Assembly: GCA_964016885.1 (NCBI GenBank)
Contig: OZ024741.1
Location: 373,302,001 to 373,366,000 of the forward strand
DNA: 64,000 bases
Origin: Eledone cirrhosa
Lineage: Eukaryota
Direction: 5' to 3'
This document shows, piece by piece, positions 39,184-52,006 of this stretch. Position 1 is the stretch's first letter. Each line of letters starts with the position of its first letter. The translations under genes and the position numbers were made by a program. Under the pieces are notes generated by a model. That model searched no databases. It was not told the DNA's origin and saw only the letters and a program-made list of their open reading frames with translations.

Positions 39184-39745
39184 CAGGTTCTTAAACTTTT
39201 TTGGCCACCACCCACCTCACGGCCACATAATACCCCCAGTACCCCTCAACCCTATTTACAGAGAGACCGGCTTGCATACAAATTGTAAATAATTGTTTCT
39301 ACTTTTGGCACAAGGCCAGCAATTATCCCAGTGCATTACTGGTACTTTATTTTATCGACCCTGTAAGGATGAAAGGCAAAGTTAACTTCGGCGGGATTTG
39401 AACTCAGGTCATAAAGGGAGGTAACTCTATGCTTCAAAGCATGGCGCCCGACCCTCTACCAATACTGCCAATAAATAATATATAATAAATAAAATCGTTA
39501 ATTTATATGTAATAAATAATACAATATATACTATGTATAAATAAATATATATTTTATATTTTACTATATTTATATATAATATGTATCATTTGATACTTAA
39601 TATACTATTATATCATCTCTAGTGCCCATGGCCCTCTTAGGCCCCAGTGCACTCTGGACCTTCTCTACACACCCTGTACCTTCTCAACAACCCCTGGACT
39701 TTGTCAACGCCCCGGGGGTGGGAGTGCCTACTTTGAGAACCTCTG
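39184..39745. mobile_element. hAT (Charlie-like) MITE with a nested SINE
   Basis: Ends caggttcttaaactt / tttgagaacctctg; exact 8-bp TSD ctgtaaaa at 39176-39183 and 39746-39753; SINE inserted at about 39290-39470. Confidence 0.8.
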
Positions 39746-39958
39746 CTGTAAAACATTATCAGACTGCTGTAACCAAAGTTTCCCATCAAGTATCTATAAA
39801 GTGTGTATATCATCCGCCATTAGTATTCCAGTAGTCAGTATCTACAACTTTTGTCTAATTAACATTTTTAGGTAGCTTATATTGCGAACCTATTGCAAAA
39901 CACTATGTCATAAATCATTATCTATCAGTACAGATTATTATCATACACACTATTACTG

Positions 39959-39990
<32 letters not shown>

Positions 39991-40332
39991 ATGTATATAA
40001 ATGTTTGTATATATACAGGGTGCGGACGATATTTGTTTGCAAGATTACTGTCTAGGAAAAAATAACACAGTAGTTTTATTTTTTAAGATTTATATATATA
40101 AATGAATGTGTGTGTATATGTGTATATTTATATATATATAGTAATAATAATAAATTTGAAGACTAAAATCCAAAGAGGGCTCGATGAGGATAAATATATA
40201 TCAAATATATAAGAACCATAGAGCAAATATTTATTAAAATAACAGATTAAAGTTTAAGCAAAGAATCGCTGCTTTCACCCTTAACGGGATCTTCTGAATA
40301 TATATATATATATACTATATATATATATATAC

Positions 40333-42762
40333 TAGTTAGGCAGCGGGACAGGCAGATAGTGTCTAATACCAAGGCATACCCTGAGGAAGAATGTACCCCA
40401 AAGCATAGGTTAGTCGTTAGTGATATCTCAGTAAGCAAGAGATGAAATGAGACATACAGGAAGGTGTGGAGAAGAAAGGTTTGGAAGCTAAAAGACCTTT
40501 CACTAAAATACAAATTTAGGAAAGCCCTTCAAGATGTATATGACGAAAAAGAAGATGATTTAGAGACGTATGACAACTTACTGCAGGCAACTGATGAAAC
40601 TTGTCGCTGGAGCAGAGCTCCAACCAGACAGAGAGTGACCTGGTGGTGGAACAGCACAGTAGATAAGGCCATTAGAGACAAAAGACTAGCATGGAAGGCT
40701 TGGAAAAAGGGTGGGAGTAGGGAAGAATATACAGCCGCTAAGAGAGAAGCTAGACGTCAGGTGTACTTAGCACACAGGGAGGCTGAGAGTAGGAGGTTTG
40801 CCAATGTTCTGCGACGGGAAGATCAGAGGCGTGCGGTGTTCCACATTGCAAGGCAGTGTGTCAATGCAAATCAGGATGTTGTTGGAGATAAATGTGTCCG
40901 GAATGATGCCGGTGTACTTAGTGTCACGAATGATCAGAAAAAGGAGGCCTGGAAATGTCATTATGAGAGACTGATGAATGTGGAGAACAAATGGGAGAGA
41001 GAGACTGATGAATGTGGAGAACAAATGGGAGAGAGAGAAATTACCCTTAGTAGATCCGACAAAGGGACCAGCTATTGAGATTGACAAATATAGGGTCCAA
41101 GAGGCGATTAAGGAAATGAAAAATGGTAAGGCTGCTGGACCATTGGGAATAGTTGCTGAGATGCCGAAGGCATCAGGGGATGTGGGCACTAAACTGGTTG
41201 CACACATCATCAATCAGGCTATATATGGTGGTATCATACCCAAAGACTGGTGCAGCAGTATTCTCATAAATTGCTACAAAGGTAAAGGGGATGCTCTGGA
41301 GAGGAGCAATTATAGGGGTATAAAACTGATGGATCAGGTTATGAAAGTGGTAGAAAGGATATTAGCACAATTAATTAGAGAAAGGGTCAAACTAGATGAG
41401 ATGCAGTTTGGTTTTGTGCCTGGGAAGAGTACAACAGATGCCCTCTTCTTGGTGAGACAATTGCAAGAGAGGTTCTTAGAGAAAAATAAGCCACTGTACT
41501 TAGCCTTTATTGACCTAGAGAAGGCCTTTGATAGGGTACTCCGATCTGTCATCTGGTGGTCCCTAAAGAAACTAGGTGTTGAGGAACGGCTTGTGAGGAC
41601 AGTGCAAACTTTGTACAGAGGTATTCTCAGTAAAGTCAGAGTAGGAATGGAGTTTAGTGAAGAATTCCAGATACAAGTAGGAGTACATCAAGGTTCAGTC
41701 CTCAGCCTGCTCTTTTTCATTATAGTCATAACAAGGAGTTTAAGACTGGCTGTCAATGGGAACTTCTCTATGCTGACGATCTGGTTCTTATAGCAGAATC
41801 AGTATAGGAGCTAGAGAATAAATTCTGGCTATGGAAACAGCAGTTGGAAGCAAGAGGACTGAGAGTGAACCTAGCTAAGACAAAAGTGTTGATGAGTAGA
41901 AAAGAGGACAAAACTCTAATTCCGTCAGGGAAATGGCCATGTTCGATATGCAGAAAAGGAACTGGCATAAATTCTATAAAATGCACACAATGCAGATCCT
42001 GGGTACACAAGAGATGTAGCAGGATAGCAGGCAAACTAACAGGTAGGGAGAAATATATATGCAGTAGATGTACAGGGAAATTAGACAGTAGAAGTCACAT
42101 TGATAGACACATTTTTCAAATGCAGGAGGGTGCTATAGAAGTGGTGGATAGCTTCCACTACTCAGGAAATCAGATTAGCATGGGAGGGGGTGTTCCAAGG
42201 CCATAGTATCTAGAATAAGGACGGGTTGGAAGAAGTTTAGGGAGCTGCTTCCTCTGCTGACGAAGAAGGGTTTCTCCTGCGTACAAAAGGCCGGTTATAT
42301 GATGCCTGTGTGAAAAGCGCGATGCTGCATGGTAGTGAGACATGGGCAGCAACTGCAGAGGATATGCGACGGCTGGAGAGAAATGAGGCAAGCATGCTCC
42401 ATTGGATGTGCAGTGTAAATGTGCGTGAATGACCCAGCATGAATGTGTTGAGAGAGAAACTGTGTCTGAGAGGGATAGAATGTAGTGTACGAGAGAGGAG
42501 ACTGAGGTGGTATGGACATGTGATGTGCATGAGGGATGACCGATGGGTGAAGAAGTGCCAGGAAATGCTAGTTGAAGGAAGACGTGGTAGAGGTAGACCA
42601 CGAAAAACATGGGAGGAGGTGGTGAGAACAGACCTCAGATCGTTGAAGCTCACGGCGGAGATGACGAAGGACCGTGACGAGTGGAGAGATGCTGTGCTGA
42701 ATAAGACCCGTCCCACCCTTGCAAGCAGGGAAGAGCAGACATAAAATGATGATGATGATGAT
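40333..42762 (+). mobile_element. RTE LINE, 5'-truncated and disrupted (short-3'UTR subfamily)
   Basis: TWWWN, GKAAGP, NYRGIKL, QFGFVPGKSTTDA, FIDLEKAFD, GVHQGSVL, YADD, LRWYGHV and GRPRKTW; a 34-bp tandem duplication near 40971/41005 causes a frameshift; (GAT)n tail. Confidence 0.92.
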
Positions 42763-42802
42763 ATATATATATAAATGAATTCATATATATATATATATAT
42801 AT

Positions 42803-43070
42803 CAGGGGCGAAGGGTGCGTACATGCGCTATAGAATCTTCAGTTGATCAATTGTGTCGGTTGAATGCAAGCAGAATTTTGGCTGTTTGCTAAACCGTAGA
42901 CACATAAAAAGATAAGACACACACACACACACAGTAGATAACACTATATGCGGCTTTGGCCGGGAGGGTCATTTAGAGGGAATTGGGGGTGGGGTAAGGC
43001 TGCACAGCCCCACTTTCCACCATGGCGATTGGACTGCATGCCCTGCTTTCCAGGTTACCCTTCGCCACTG
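42803..43070. mobile_element. hAT-like MITE in a (TA)n tract
   Basis: TIR caggggcgaagggt / acccttcgccactg; atatatat on both sides. Confidence 0.75.
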
Positions 43071-44024
43071 ATATATATATATATTTATTAAAATAACAGA
43101 TTAAAGTTTAAGCAAAGAATCGCTGCTTTCACCCTTAACGGGATCATCCTATCGAGCCCTCTTTGGATTTTAGTCTTCACATTTATTATTATTATTACTA
43201 TATATATATATATATAGGTTCAGATTCAGCTGTCAAAATGGTTGGAGCTCAGCCATCGGGGTCCTGAATCTTTTCATATATGTGTATATATATATATATA
43301 TATATACACACACATTTTTGTGTGTGCTGTCACTGGATATAATTTTTATCATTTTGATTAGATTTACTCTTAGTTATCTAAATTGCTAGTGAACAAACTT
43401 CCTCGGCTTACTATAATCAACCAGTTTCTCTTCCACTCTACATTGCATGTTTTCATTAATTTCATTTCAATTTATAAACTTTTTATTCAGCCTCAATTGG
43501 CATATGGTACAAAACAAATGCATTTATAAATGTGCTTATACTGAAATATCCTGTATACAATAGAACTCTTCAGATCTTCACCAATTTTATAGATTGTATT
43601 GTTAGCATTCCTACAATATTTTTCACATCTACATTACAACTATACATACAATCTCCTTTTCATTCTCTCTTTCCATTATTCACACACATACACATATGAA
43701 CACACATGCACATATGAACACACACATACACACATGAACACACATATATACTCACTCACATAAAGAGATGCACTCTCACGCACACATGTATTCACTGACA
43801 CATACACACACACATATTCTAATATAGTCATGTTAGGAAAGGCTACCTCCTCATATATCAACTGTACGGAGGGTATAATTGATTGTTGGCATTAGGAAGG
43901 ACATCCAACTGTAGAAACTATGGCAGAATGGAAGTTAGGAGTAAAATTCAGTCATCTGACCTGTCTCGTCTCAGAACATGAGAGCCTGTCTAACCAATGT
44001 AAGCATTGAAAATAGACATTAAAC

Positions 44025-45345
44025 AGTGGTGGTGGTGGTGGTGGTGGTGGTGATGGTGGTGGAGGTGGTGTTGATGGTGGTGGTGGTGTTGATGGTGGTG
44101 GTGGTGTTGATGGTGGTGGTGGAGGTGGTGTTGATGGTGGTGGTGTTTGTGGAAGTATTGATGGTGGTGTTGATGTTGGTGGTGGTGGTGTTGATGTTAG
44201 TGGTGGTGATGGTGGTGGTGGTATTGTTGATGTTGGTGGTGGTGATGGTGGTGGTGGTGATGGTGGTGGTGATGGTGGTGGTGGTGGTGGTGATGGTGGT
44301 GGTGGTGTTGATGGTGGTGGTGGTGGTGTTGATGGTGGTGGTGGTGGTGGTGGTGGTGGTGGTGGTGGTGGTGGTGGTGGTGGTGATGGTGTTGGTGGTG
44401 TTTGTGGAAGTGTTGATGGTGGTGGTAGTGATGGTGGCGTTTGTGGAAGTGTTGATGGTGGTGGTGTTTGTGGAAGTGTTGATGCTGGTGGTGTGGTGTT
44501 GGTGGTGTTTGTCGAAGTGTTGATGTTAGTAGTGGTGGTGGTGGTGGTATTTGTGGAAGTGTTGATGTTGGTGGTGGCAGTGTTGTTGGTGTTTGTGGAA
44601 GTGTTGATGGTGGTGGTGGTGGTGGTGTTGATGTTGGTGTTTGTGGAAGTGTTGATGGTGGTGGTGGTTGGGGTGTTGGTGGTGGTGATGGTGCTGGTGG
44701 TGGTCATGGTGGTGATGGTGGTCATGGTGGTGATGGTGGTGTTGGTAGTGTTTGTGGAAGTGTTGATGTTGGTGGAGGTGATGGTGGTGTTTGTGGAAGT
44801 GTTGATGTTAGTAGTGGTGGTGGTGGTGTTGGTGTTTGTGGAAGTGTTGATGTTGGTGGTGGCGGTGGTGGTGGTGGTGGTGGTGTTGGTGTTTGTATTG
44901 ATGGTGATGGTAGTGGTGGAGATGATGTTGGTGGTGGTGGTGATTGTGGAAGTGTTGATGTTGGTGGTAGTGATGGTGATGATGGTGGTGGTGGTGGTGG
45001 TTGTGATGGTGATGTTGGTGTTGGTTGTGTTGGTGTTTGTATTGATGGTGGTGGTAGTGGTGGAGATGATGATGTTGGTGGTGGTAGTGTTGGTAGTGGT
45101 GGTGGTGTTAGTGTTGATGTTGGTGTTTGTAGTGGTGTTAGTGTTGATTGTAGTGGTAGTGTTGGTGGAGGTGTTGATGCTGGTGTTTGTGGTAGAATTG
45201 GTTGTGGTGGTAGTGTTGATGTTGATGGTGTTGGTTGTGGTGGTAGTGTTGATAGCTGTGGTGATAATAGTGTTGATGGTGGTGATGATGATAGTGGGGT
45301 GATGATGGTGTTTCTGGTAGCAGCAGCAACAATGGTGGTGATAAC
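44025..45345. repeat. (GGT/GAT)n trinucleotide low-complexity array with a recurrent gtgtttgtggaagtgttgatg subunit
   Basis: The poly-V/poly-P/poly-T ORFs are by-products of the triplet repeat. Confidence 0.92.
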
Positions 45346-46279
45346 AGATTGCAGATAGTGTATACGAGAGGCATTGAGTCTCTGTTCTTACATTCTACAG
45401 ATGGCCCAAGGTTTTGCTATCATAGTGCAGAGTATTCAAATTACTATTCTATATTGGAGAAGTTTTAAATCAACACATGTTTACCATGAAACCAAGATAC
45501 AGGTTATGTTTGACTGATAACCAATCAAACATAACCAGTGTCTTGGTTTCTCAAGAGACCAACACAGCACCAAGACAGTGCATGAATGGATGAGTGTCGA
45601 CTTTCAGCTGATTACATTTAACCCCTTTGATATCAACCTGCCCCAAACCACGTCTGGTTCTATGAAACAAAACCACTAATTTTAAGGGGTTTCTATTTAA
45701 ATTAAAACCTTCAAATGTAATCTTACTTCTGATAAGTTATGTTAAAAATACCATCTTAATAATAAGGAAATCCCCATTTCCATTTTAACATCTGCTTTCC
45801 CTGCTAGCAAGGGTTGGGTGAGTCTACATAGATTAAGTCAGTACTAAAGTGGAGCTACTGATCTTCCAGACATACTAGGGATCAGTGTTTCACTTATGTA
45901 TGGTGTCACCTTCCACAGAGTACACAGGAGACGTTGTCATGTCTTTGACACAACTGAGGGTTCTCCTAACATTTTGTTTGGCAAGCTTTCTACAGATGGA
46001 TACCTTTCCTTAGTAAATCCCTCTAAATTCTTCAACAACTAATTTAAATACAGTGTATTTCATTAGAAACATGGTAACAAAAGAGTTGATATTCCAAGAG
46101 ATGTTTATAGAAGAGTAAATAAATCACAGGCTACACTTGACTCATAGGAATAGGTATACAGGGCCTTATTGTACTAGAGGAGCTTTATAAATGATACACA
46201 TTTCACAGGTTAATGGTGATCTAGTTGGATACAAAGTACTGGTCTTAGAACCAAAATCCAGATACAAAATGCTGGTTTT

Positions 46280-47460
46280 AAGATCAGCAGCAAAAGTGAA
46301 GTGACCAGTGTTGAGTGCACAGCATTTCTAACATTTTGGACTACCCCTTATGAAAACAGAAGAGGGTGTTAAAAAGAGGGATGATAATAGATCAAAGATA
46401 AGATAATGCTTCTACAAGAGAGATTTGTCTTGTTTACAAATAGTAGATAAAGTTTTACTTGTTTGACATCTTTAACAAGTCTTTCATGCCAAACTGATTA
46501 CATACAGATGAGAATAAATTATGTAGGTATTGCAAGTCACTCTCTATATGTTCTATAAAAACCAGAATATATAAGATACAAGAGTTCTTGAATAACCAGG
46601 CACTATTATTATATCTTTGTACCACTTAATACAATGATGAGAAAGGTCAATCATGATGCTGGCCATTGAAAGATAGTAGAGATGTAAAAAGATAAAATAG
46701 ACACTAGATATGTTAGGAGCAGAGATTTAACCCTCTTAAACTTCCCTGTGAGTGTTGGACTCTTCAGATCTGGTGAATCACATGATTTCTGAAAGGTCAT
46801 CAAATGATTATTATAACAGTAAAAATCCCCCAGGACTATATCACCAGAGCGACTGGCAAAAATCAATGTCTTTTACAATGACATCCCCTACCACCACCAC
46901 CACAACAACAAGACATTGACTTCTGTTATTTTATACACTTCTAACATGGTTAAAGAATGTCCTTGGCCACTGTTACTATGTGGATTCTACAGAATAATTG
47001 ACATTGATATTTAAACATAACCATTCCTTCAGCAGTCTGCAATCTGGCAAGAATTACATAAACAAATACCTGAGCCATAATGCTTAAAAGACATATGCTT
47101 TTTTATGATTTTAGAGCTATTATTGACATGGTGCTCTCTCTTGTGCTTATGGAGTGATGATGTTGGCATATATTCAATAATCAGACATACAGAGACAGAA
47201 TAGTAAGTGTTACTTCAGTAAGAAAATAATCTCCAGCAGTCTTTCAAATTTCAACTGTGATATGATTTCTTCTATGGTCTTATTGTCTTTGATATCCTAG
47301 CATAGCTGGTTTCCTTTGTAGATATATCAGTATTAGGTTCACTGCTACCACAATGGAAATGATATCTAGATCTGCCTCCACAATCTTTAATAAAACAATA
47401 ATGAGAAGAGACATCTTTAAATATCAATCCATATTCTGTAAGGTTGTCTCACAGGCTTCT
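46280..47460 (-). pseudogene. Heavily decayed CR1/Jockey-group LINE (APE to start of RT)
   Basis: Minus-strand IVLGDFYCYNNHL (GDFNAHH-like) and downstream remnants of RT domain 1. Confidence 0.55.
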
Positions 47461-47669
47461 AAAGATTATCTTTTTACTTATAGATTAATTCATGTATCAC
47501 ATATGCAATATGTAAATGACATTTACATTAATAACCAACTTTTATTGTTGAGTTGACACACTATATATCTATAGTTAGTATCCGAATATGACTCTCACCA
47601 CAGCATTATTAATGCATGAGGTCAGTGAAATAAATATTTCCCAATCACATGTGGTTAATAGTTTCTGCT

Positions 47670-48285
47670 ATCTAGGTGACCTAATTAACAGCCAAGGAGA
47701 GTCGTCTGAGAGCATAATATCTAGAATAAAAATAGGATAGAAGAAGTTTAGAGAGTTATTCACACTGTGGGCAACAAAAGGTTTCTCTCTGTGTACAAAA
47801 AGACAACTGTATAATGCCTGTGTGTGAAGTGTGATCTGCATGGTAGCGAAACATGGGCAGTGACTGCAGAGGACATGCGTAGACTGGAGAGAAATGAAGC
47901 AGCCATGTTTTGTTTGATGTGCAATGTAAATGAGAGAGAAAGGCAGAGCTTGGATGAACTAAGTGAGAAGCTGGGTTTAAGAGGAATCCAAGGTGGTGTG
48001 CAAGAGAGAAGACTGCATTGGTATGGGCCTGTGATGCACATGAATGATGATTGCTTGGTGAAGAAGTGCCCGGAAATCCCAGTGGAAGGAAGCCTCTGTA
48101 GACGTAGACCAAGTAAGACCTGGGCAGAGGTGATGAGAGCTGATCTTAAATCATCGAGACTCAGAGAAGAGATGACAAAGGGGTGTGGTGAGTGGAGAGA
48201 CGATGTGCTGAAAAGGACCCATCCAACTTATGTGAGTGTGGAAAAATGGGTGTAAAAATGATGATGATAATGATAGTGATGAGGT
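47670..48285 (+). mobile_element. RTE 3' fragment
   Basis: LHGSETWAVTAEDMRRLERNE...RRLHWYG...RPSKTW; (GAT)n tail. Confidence 0.85.
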
Positions 48286-48794
48286 AGCTCAGAGATAAAA
48301 CAAATATTTTCTTAGAACTACAAGTTTTGTCGTATTGTGCCTATGGAAGCTTGGATAATGGTTTGACTTAAAGTCTTCCAATATTGTTTAGAATAGATAC
48401 ACTATTTTTCAATACTGTGTATCTGGTTTAGAATATAGTCTAAAGTCTATCGCAAGCCCAGAGGCTCATCAAGCTGGTGCTTATTCCAGTTCCTGTGGCA
48501 TAAAGCAACTGTGAGTACAAAACTTTGCCCCTGGACAAGATGCCAGTCCATCATAGGGTTAACCCCCCAGCTATTGCTGTTGCTACTGAGTATACTGGAG
48601 CAATGCAAAATAGAATGTTTTGCTCAAGAACACAACACACAACCCAGTCCAGGAATAGAATCCATGGCATTATGATGGTAAGTCCAACACCGTTACCACT
48701 TGGCCACATGCACACCATTTTCCAATACTGTGTATCTGGTTTAGAATAGGTACACCATATTTCAATATTATGTTTCCAGTATTCAGTAAACAGA

Positions 48795-49092
48795 AGAAGG
48801 GAGGTAGGTGTAAAAGCCAAACTTGCTACCTTCAATTTGGTATTTATCCCAACTCTGACCTGTGGTTAGAATGTCCCAGGAAAGAATCACTGAACAGATT
48901 TTATGGGAAAACCCCACTGGCAAGAGACCCAGAGGTAGACCCCGAGCAAGGTGGTTGGATAACACCCATGAGCTCAGTTGGTCTTGCTTGGGGATCCAGC
49001 CGGATCAGTTGGAGACGGTTGTTTCTGACAGGAACTGTTGAGGACTCTGCCCCCAGGACCCTCTCAGGAATAAGTGGGCAAAAAAGAAGTTT
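48795..49092 (+). mobile_element. Fragment of a second RTE family (internally deleted 3' end)
   Basis: Matches 60403-60450 and the reverse complement of 59345-59570. Confidence 0.75.
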
Positions 49093-49284
49093 AGAATCGA
49101 TACGCAATGCTATGTGTATGCAGTTCAGAAAAAGTACACTATACCCCTGCATGTCCTAAGAGGTGATTAAAAGGATTGGCACAGGAAGGTTATCTGACTA
49201 TAAAAGATTTTTTTCAAAAGGGATTTCTTGATGAATATGAGACTTCCATTGGGCCATAAAAATCATACAAAAAGAGTTTTCAAC

Positions 49285-49992
49285 ATAGGGGCGTATATAT
49301 GTGAGTGGGGCGCATATATAAGTGAGTAGGGGCGTATATGTGAGTGGGGGCATATATATATGTGAGCGGGGGCATATATATGTGAGTGGAGGCATATATA
49401 TATATGTGAGTGGAGGCATATATATATGTGAGTGGAAGCGTATATATATATATGAGTGGGGCATATATATGTGAGTGGGGGCGTATATATGTGAGTGGGG
49501 GCGTATATATGTGAGTGGGGGTGTATATATGTGAGTGGGGGCATATATATGTGAGTGGGGGCGTATATATGTGAGTGGGGGCATATATATGTGAGGGGGG
49601 CATATATATGTGAGTGGGGGCATATATATGTGAGAGGGGGCATATATGTGAGAGGGGGTGTATATATGTGAGTGGTGGAATATATATGTGAGTGGGGGCA
49701 TATATATGTGAGTGGGGGTGTATATATGTGAGTGGGGGCGTATATATGTGAGTGGGGGCATATATATGTGAGGGGGGGGCATATATATGTGAGTGGGGGC
49801 ATATATATGTGAGAGGGGGCATATATGTGAGTGGGGGTGTATATATGTGAGTGGTGGAATATATATGTGAGTGGGGGCATATATATGTGAGTGGGGGTGT
49901 ATATATGTGAGTGGGGGGTGTATATATGTGAGTGGGGGTGTATATATGTGAGTGGGGGTGTATATATGTGAGTGGGGGCATATATATGTGCA
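49285..49992. repeat. About 20-bp minisatellite (atatatatgtgagtgggggc), roughly 35 copies
   Basis: Tandem units with variable (AT)n and G-run lengths. Confidence 0.95.
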
Positions 49993-50279
49993 TGTGTGTG
50001 TGTGTGTGGAGGGGGGTGTTGTGCGTTTAACATGCAACTCTTTTCTAGGTTTAATAGTTTTTTTTATAAGGATAATTTTGAAAATACTTCTTTATCAGTT
50101 GTTTAATAGTTTGTTTGAAATGGTAGTTTCTAGACTTTCACACTCTTATCTTCATACTTGCATAATCACTGTAATAATGGCAGACATCAATAAGATGTTT
50201 ACAAACAAGCTAATAGAACATACCATAGAACAATATAGAAAGAAAGTCAACAAGTCAACAAAGTAAACACATCAAACAC

Positions 50280-50622
50280 TACATTATCATCATCATCAAT
50301 ACCACCACCATCACCAGCACCACCATCATCTCCACCAGCACTACTATCATCACCACCAACATTACTATCATACCCACCACCATCATCACCACCAGCCCCA
50401 CCACCATCACCACCACCAGCATTACTATCATCACCACCACCACCATCACCACCAGCATTACTATCATCACCACCACCATCACCACCACCAACATTACTAT
50501 CATACCTACCACCATCATCACCACCAGCCCCACCACCACCACCAGCATTACTATCATACCCACCATCATCATCATCACCAGCATTACTATGATCACCACC
50601 ACCATCACCACAACAACAACCA
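50280..50622. repeat. (CAC/CAT)n low-complexity minisatellite
   Basis: Recurrent caccaccagcattactatcat. Confidence 0.9.
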
Positions 50623-51570
50623 GAATGGCAGTGGTCTAATGATTGAAACCAGTAAAAGAGTAAAGAGTTAATATTGAAAGAGATACTAACAGCACAACAC
50701 AATGCTAAAATATATCCACAGACTACTTCCAAAGACCAAAAGAATATGATTGCAAATATAAGCAACTGAAATGAGGGTCCTCTGAAGGGCTTTTTGTGTA
50801 ATGTTACTCAATAGGGTGCATAACTCTCTCTTATTAACTCTTTGTCCTCTGTCTCTTTCTTTCTCTCATTTGTTCTATGATTACCTTCTCCTCTCCATCC
50901 ATCTCACTCTCACGTCTTTTTCACTTTTCACTGGGTGTCTTGTCAATTTCGAAATGTGGAAACCAGCCTCTAGCATATCTTATTCCAAAGCTGGACCATC
51001 TCATAACAAATATCTCAATAATATTCAGAGATAAATTGAAAAGGAAATATTTTTCTAGCTCATTAAATAGCTATGTCTATCAAATAATTGAATCGTTTAT
51101 GTGTTGGCAATTAATATTTCATATTCTGATAGGCTGATTATTATAAATGTATTATGGAACAATGTTGACATTTATATACATCTATGGCAGAGGAATCTGC
51201 AATTTTCAGTATTATCATGGATGAATAAACATTGTGAGATAGTTCTAGATAATATCTACAGTTCAAATAGGTAATGAGAAAGAGATAAGATTTTGGCTTT
51301 AACTGCTAGAGTCACACAATTTACACAATACAATTGACAAGCAGATTTGAAAAGACAACGTTTCAGATCTGATTCAATAATACTGTGTGTACAGAAAAAA
51401 TGTGCACACAAATATCTGTTTGTTTAATATATTATTTAGTCTTTACTGTCAGTCTCTATTTTCAGTTGTCTTTTACTTTGTACTTTACTGTTTGCTAATT
51501 TAGTGCTTGTCCTTTTTACTATATTTTTAGTCTTTTATATTATATATATATTTATTTAGCCTTTATCATT

Positions 51571-51679
<109 letters not shown>

Positions 51680-51811
51680 AGATATAGATATATATAAACA
51701 CATCGGTCTTCCCTCTAACCAAACTGTTCTGATTTATTTGAAGCATTCTGAACTAATCACACCAGTCTCTCCATGTCCTCCATCCCTTTCACTATATATG
51801 TATAAACATAT

Positions 51812-52003
51812 ATAAAAGTGTCAGGACCCCAATGGCTGAGCTCTTGCCATTTCAACAGCTAGTTCCAGTCAGGAACTAGCTGTTGAAACGGTAAGAGCTC
51901 AGCCTTCTGAGAACTGACTCTTTCACATAACCATACTCTACTAACCTAAGTATTGAGGACACTGGTGAGTAATGGTCTAACCTTTTACTGTATCTATCTT
52001 GAT
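51812..52003. repeat. Fold-back palindromic mini-element (family X)
   Basis: ggctgagctcttgccatttcaacagctagttcc-agtca-ggaactagctgttgaaacggtaagagctcagcc plus a unique tail; second copy at 58175-58365. Confidence 0.8.
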
Positions 52004-52006
52004 AAA

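Noticed and set aside
43952-45374. Long poly-Pro/Thr/Val ORFs
   Set aside because: Artefacts of the (GGT)n array
49198-50037. His/Pro-rich 237-279 aa ORFs
   Set aside because: All three minus frames are open because of the 20-bp minisatellite
50247-50765. Gly/Asp-rich ORF with a hydrophobic N-terminus (structural-protein-like)
   Set aside because: Derived from (CAC/CAT)n low complexity with a non-ATG start adjoining an RTE fragment; no independent support
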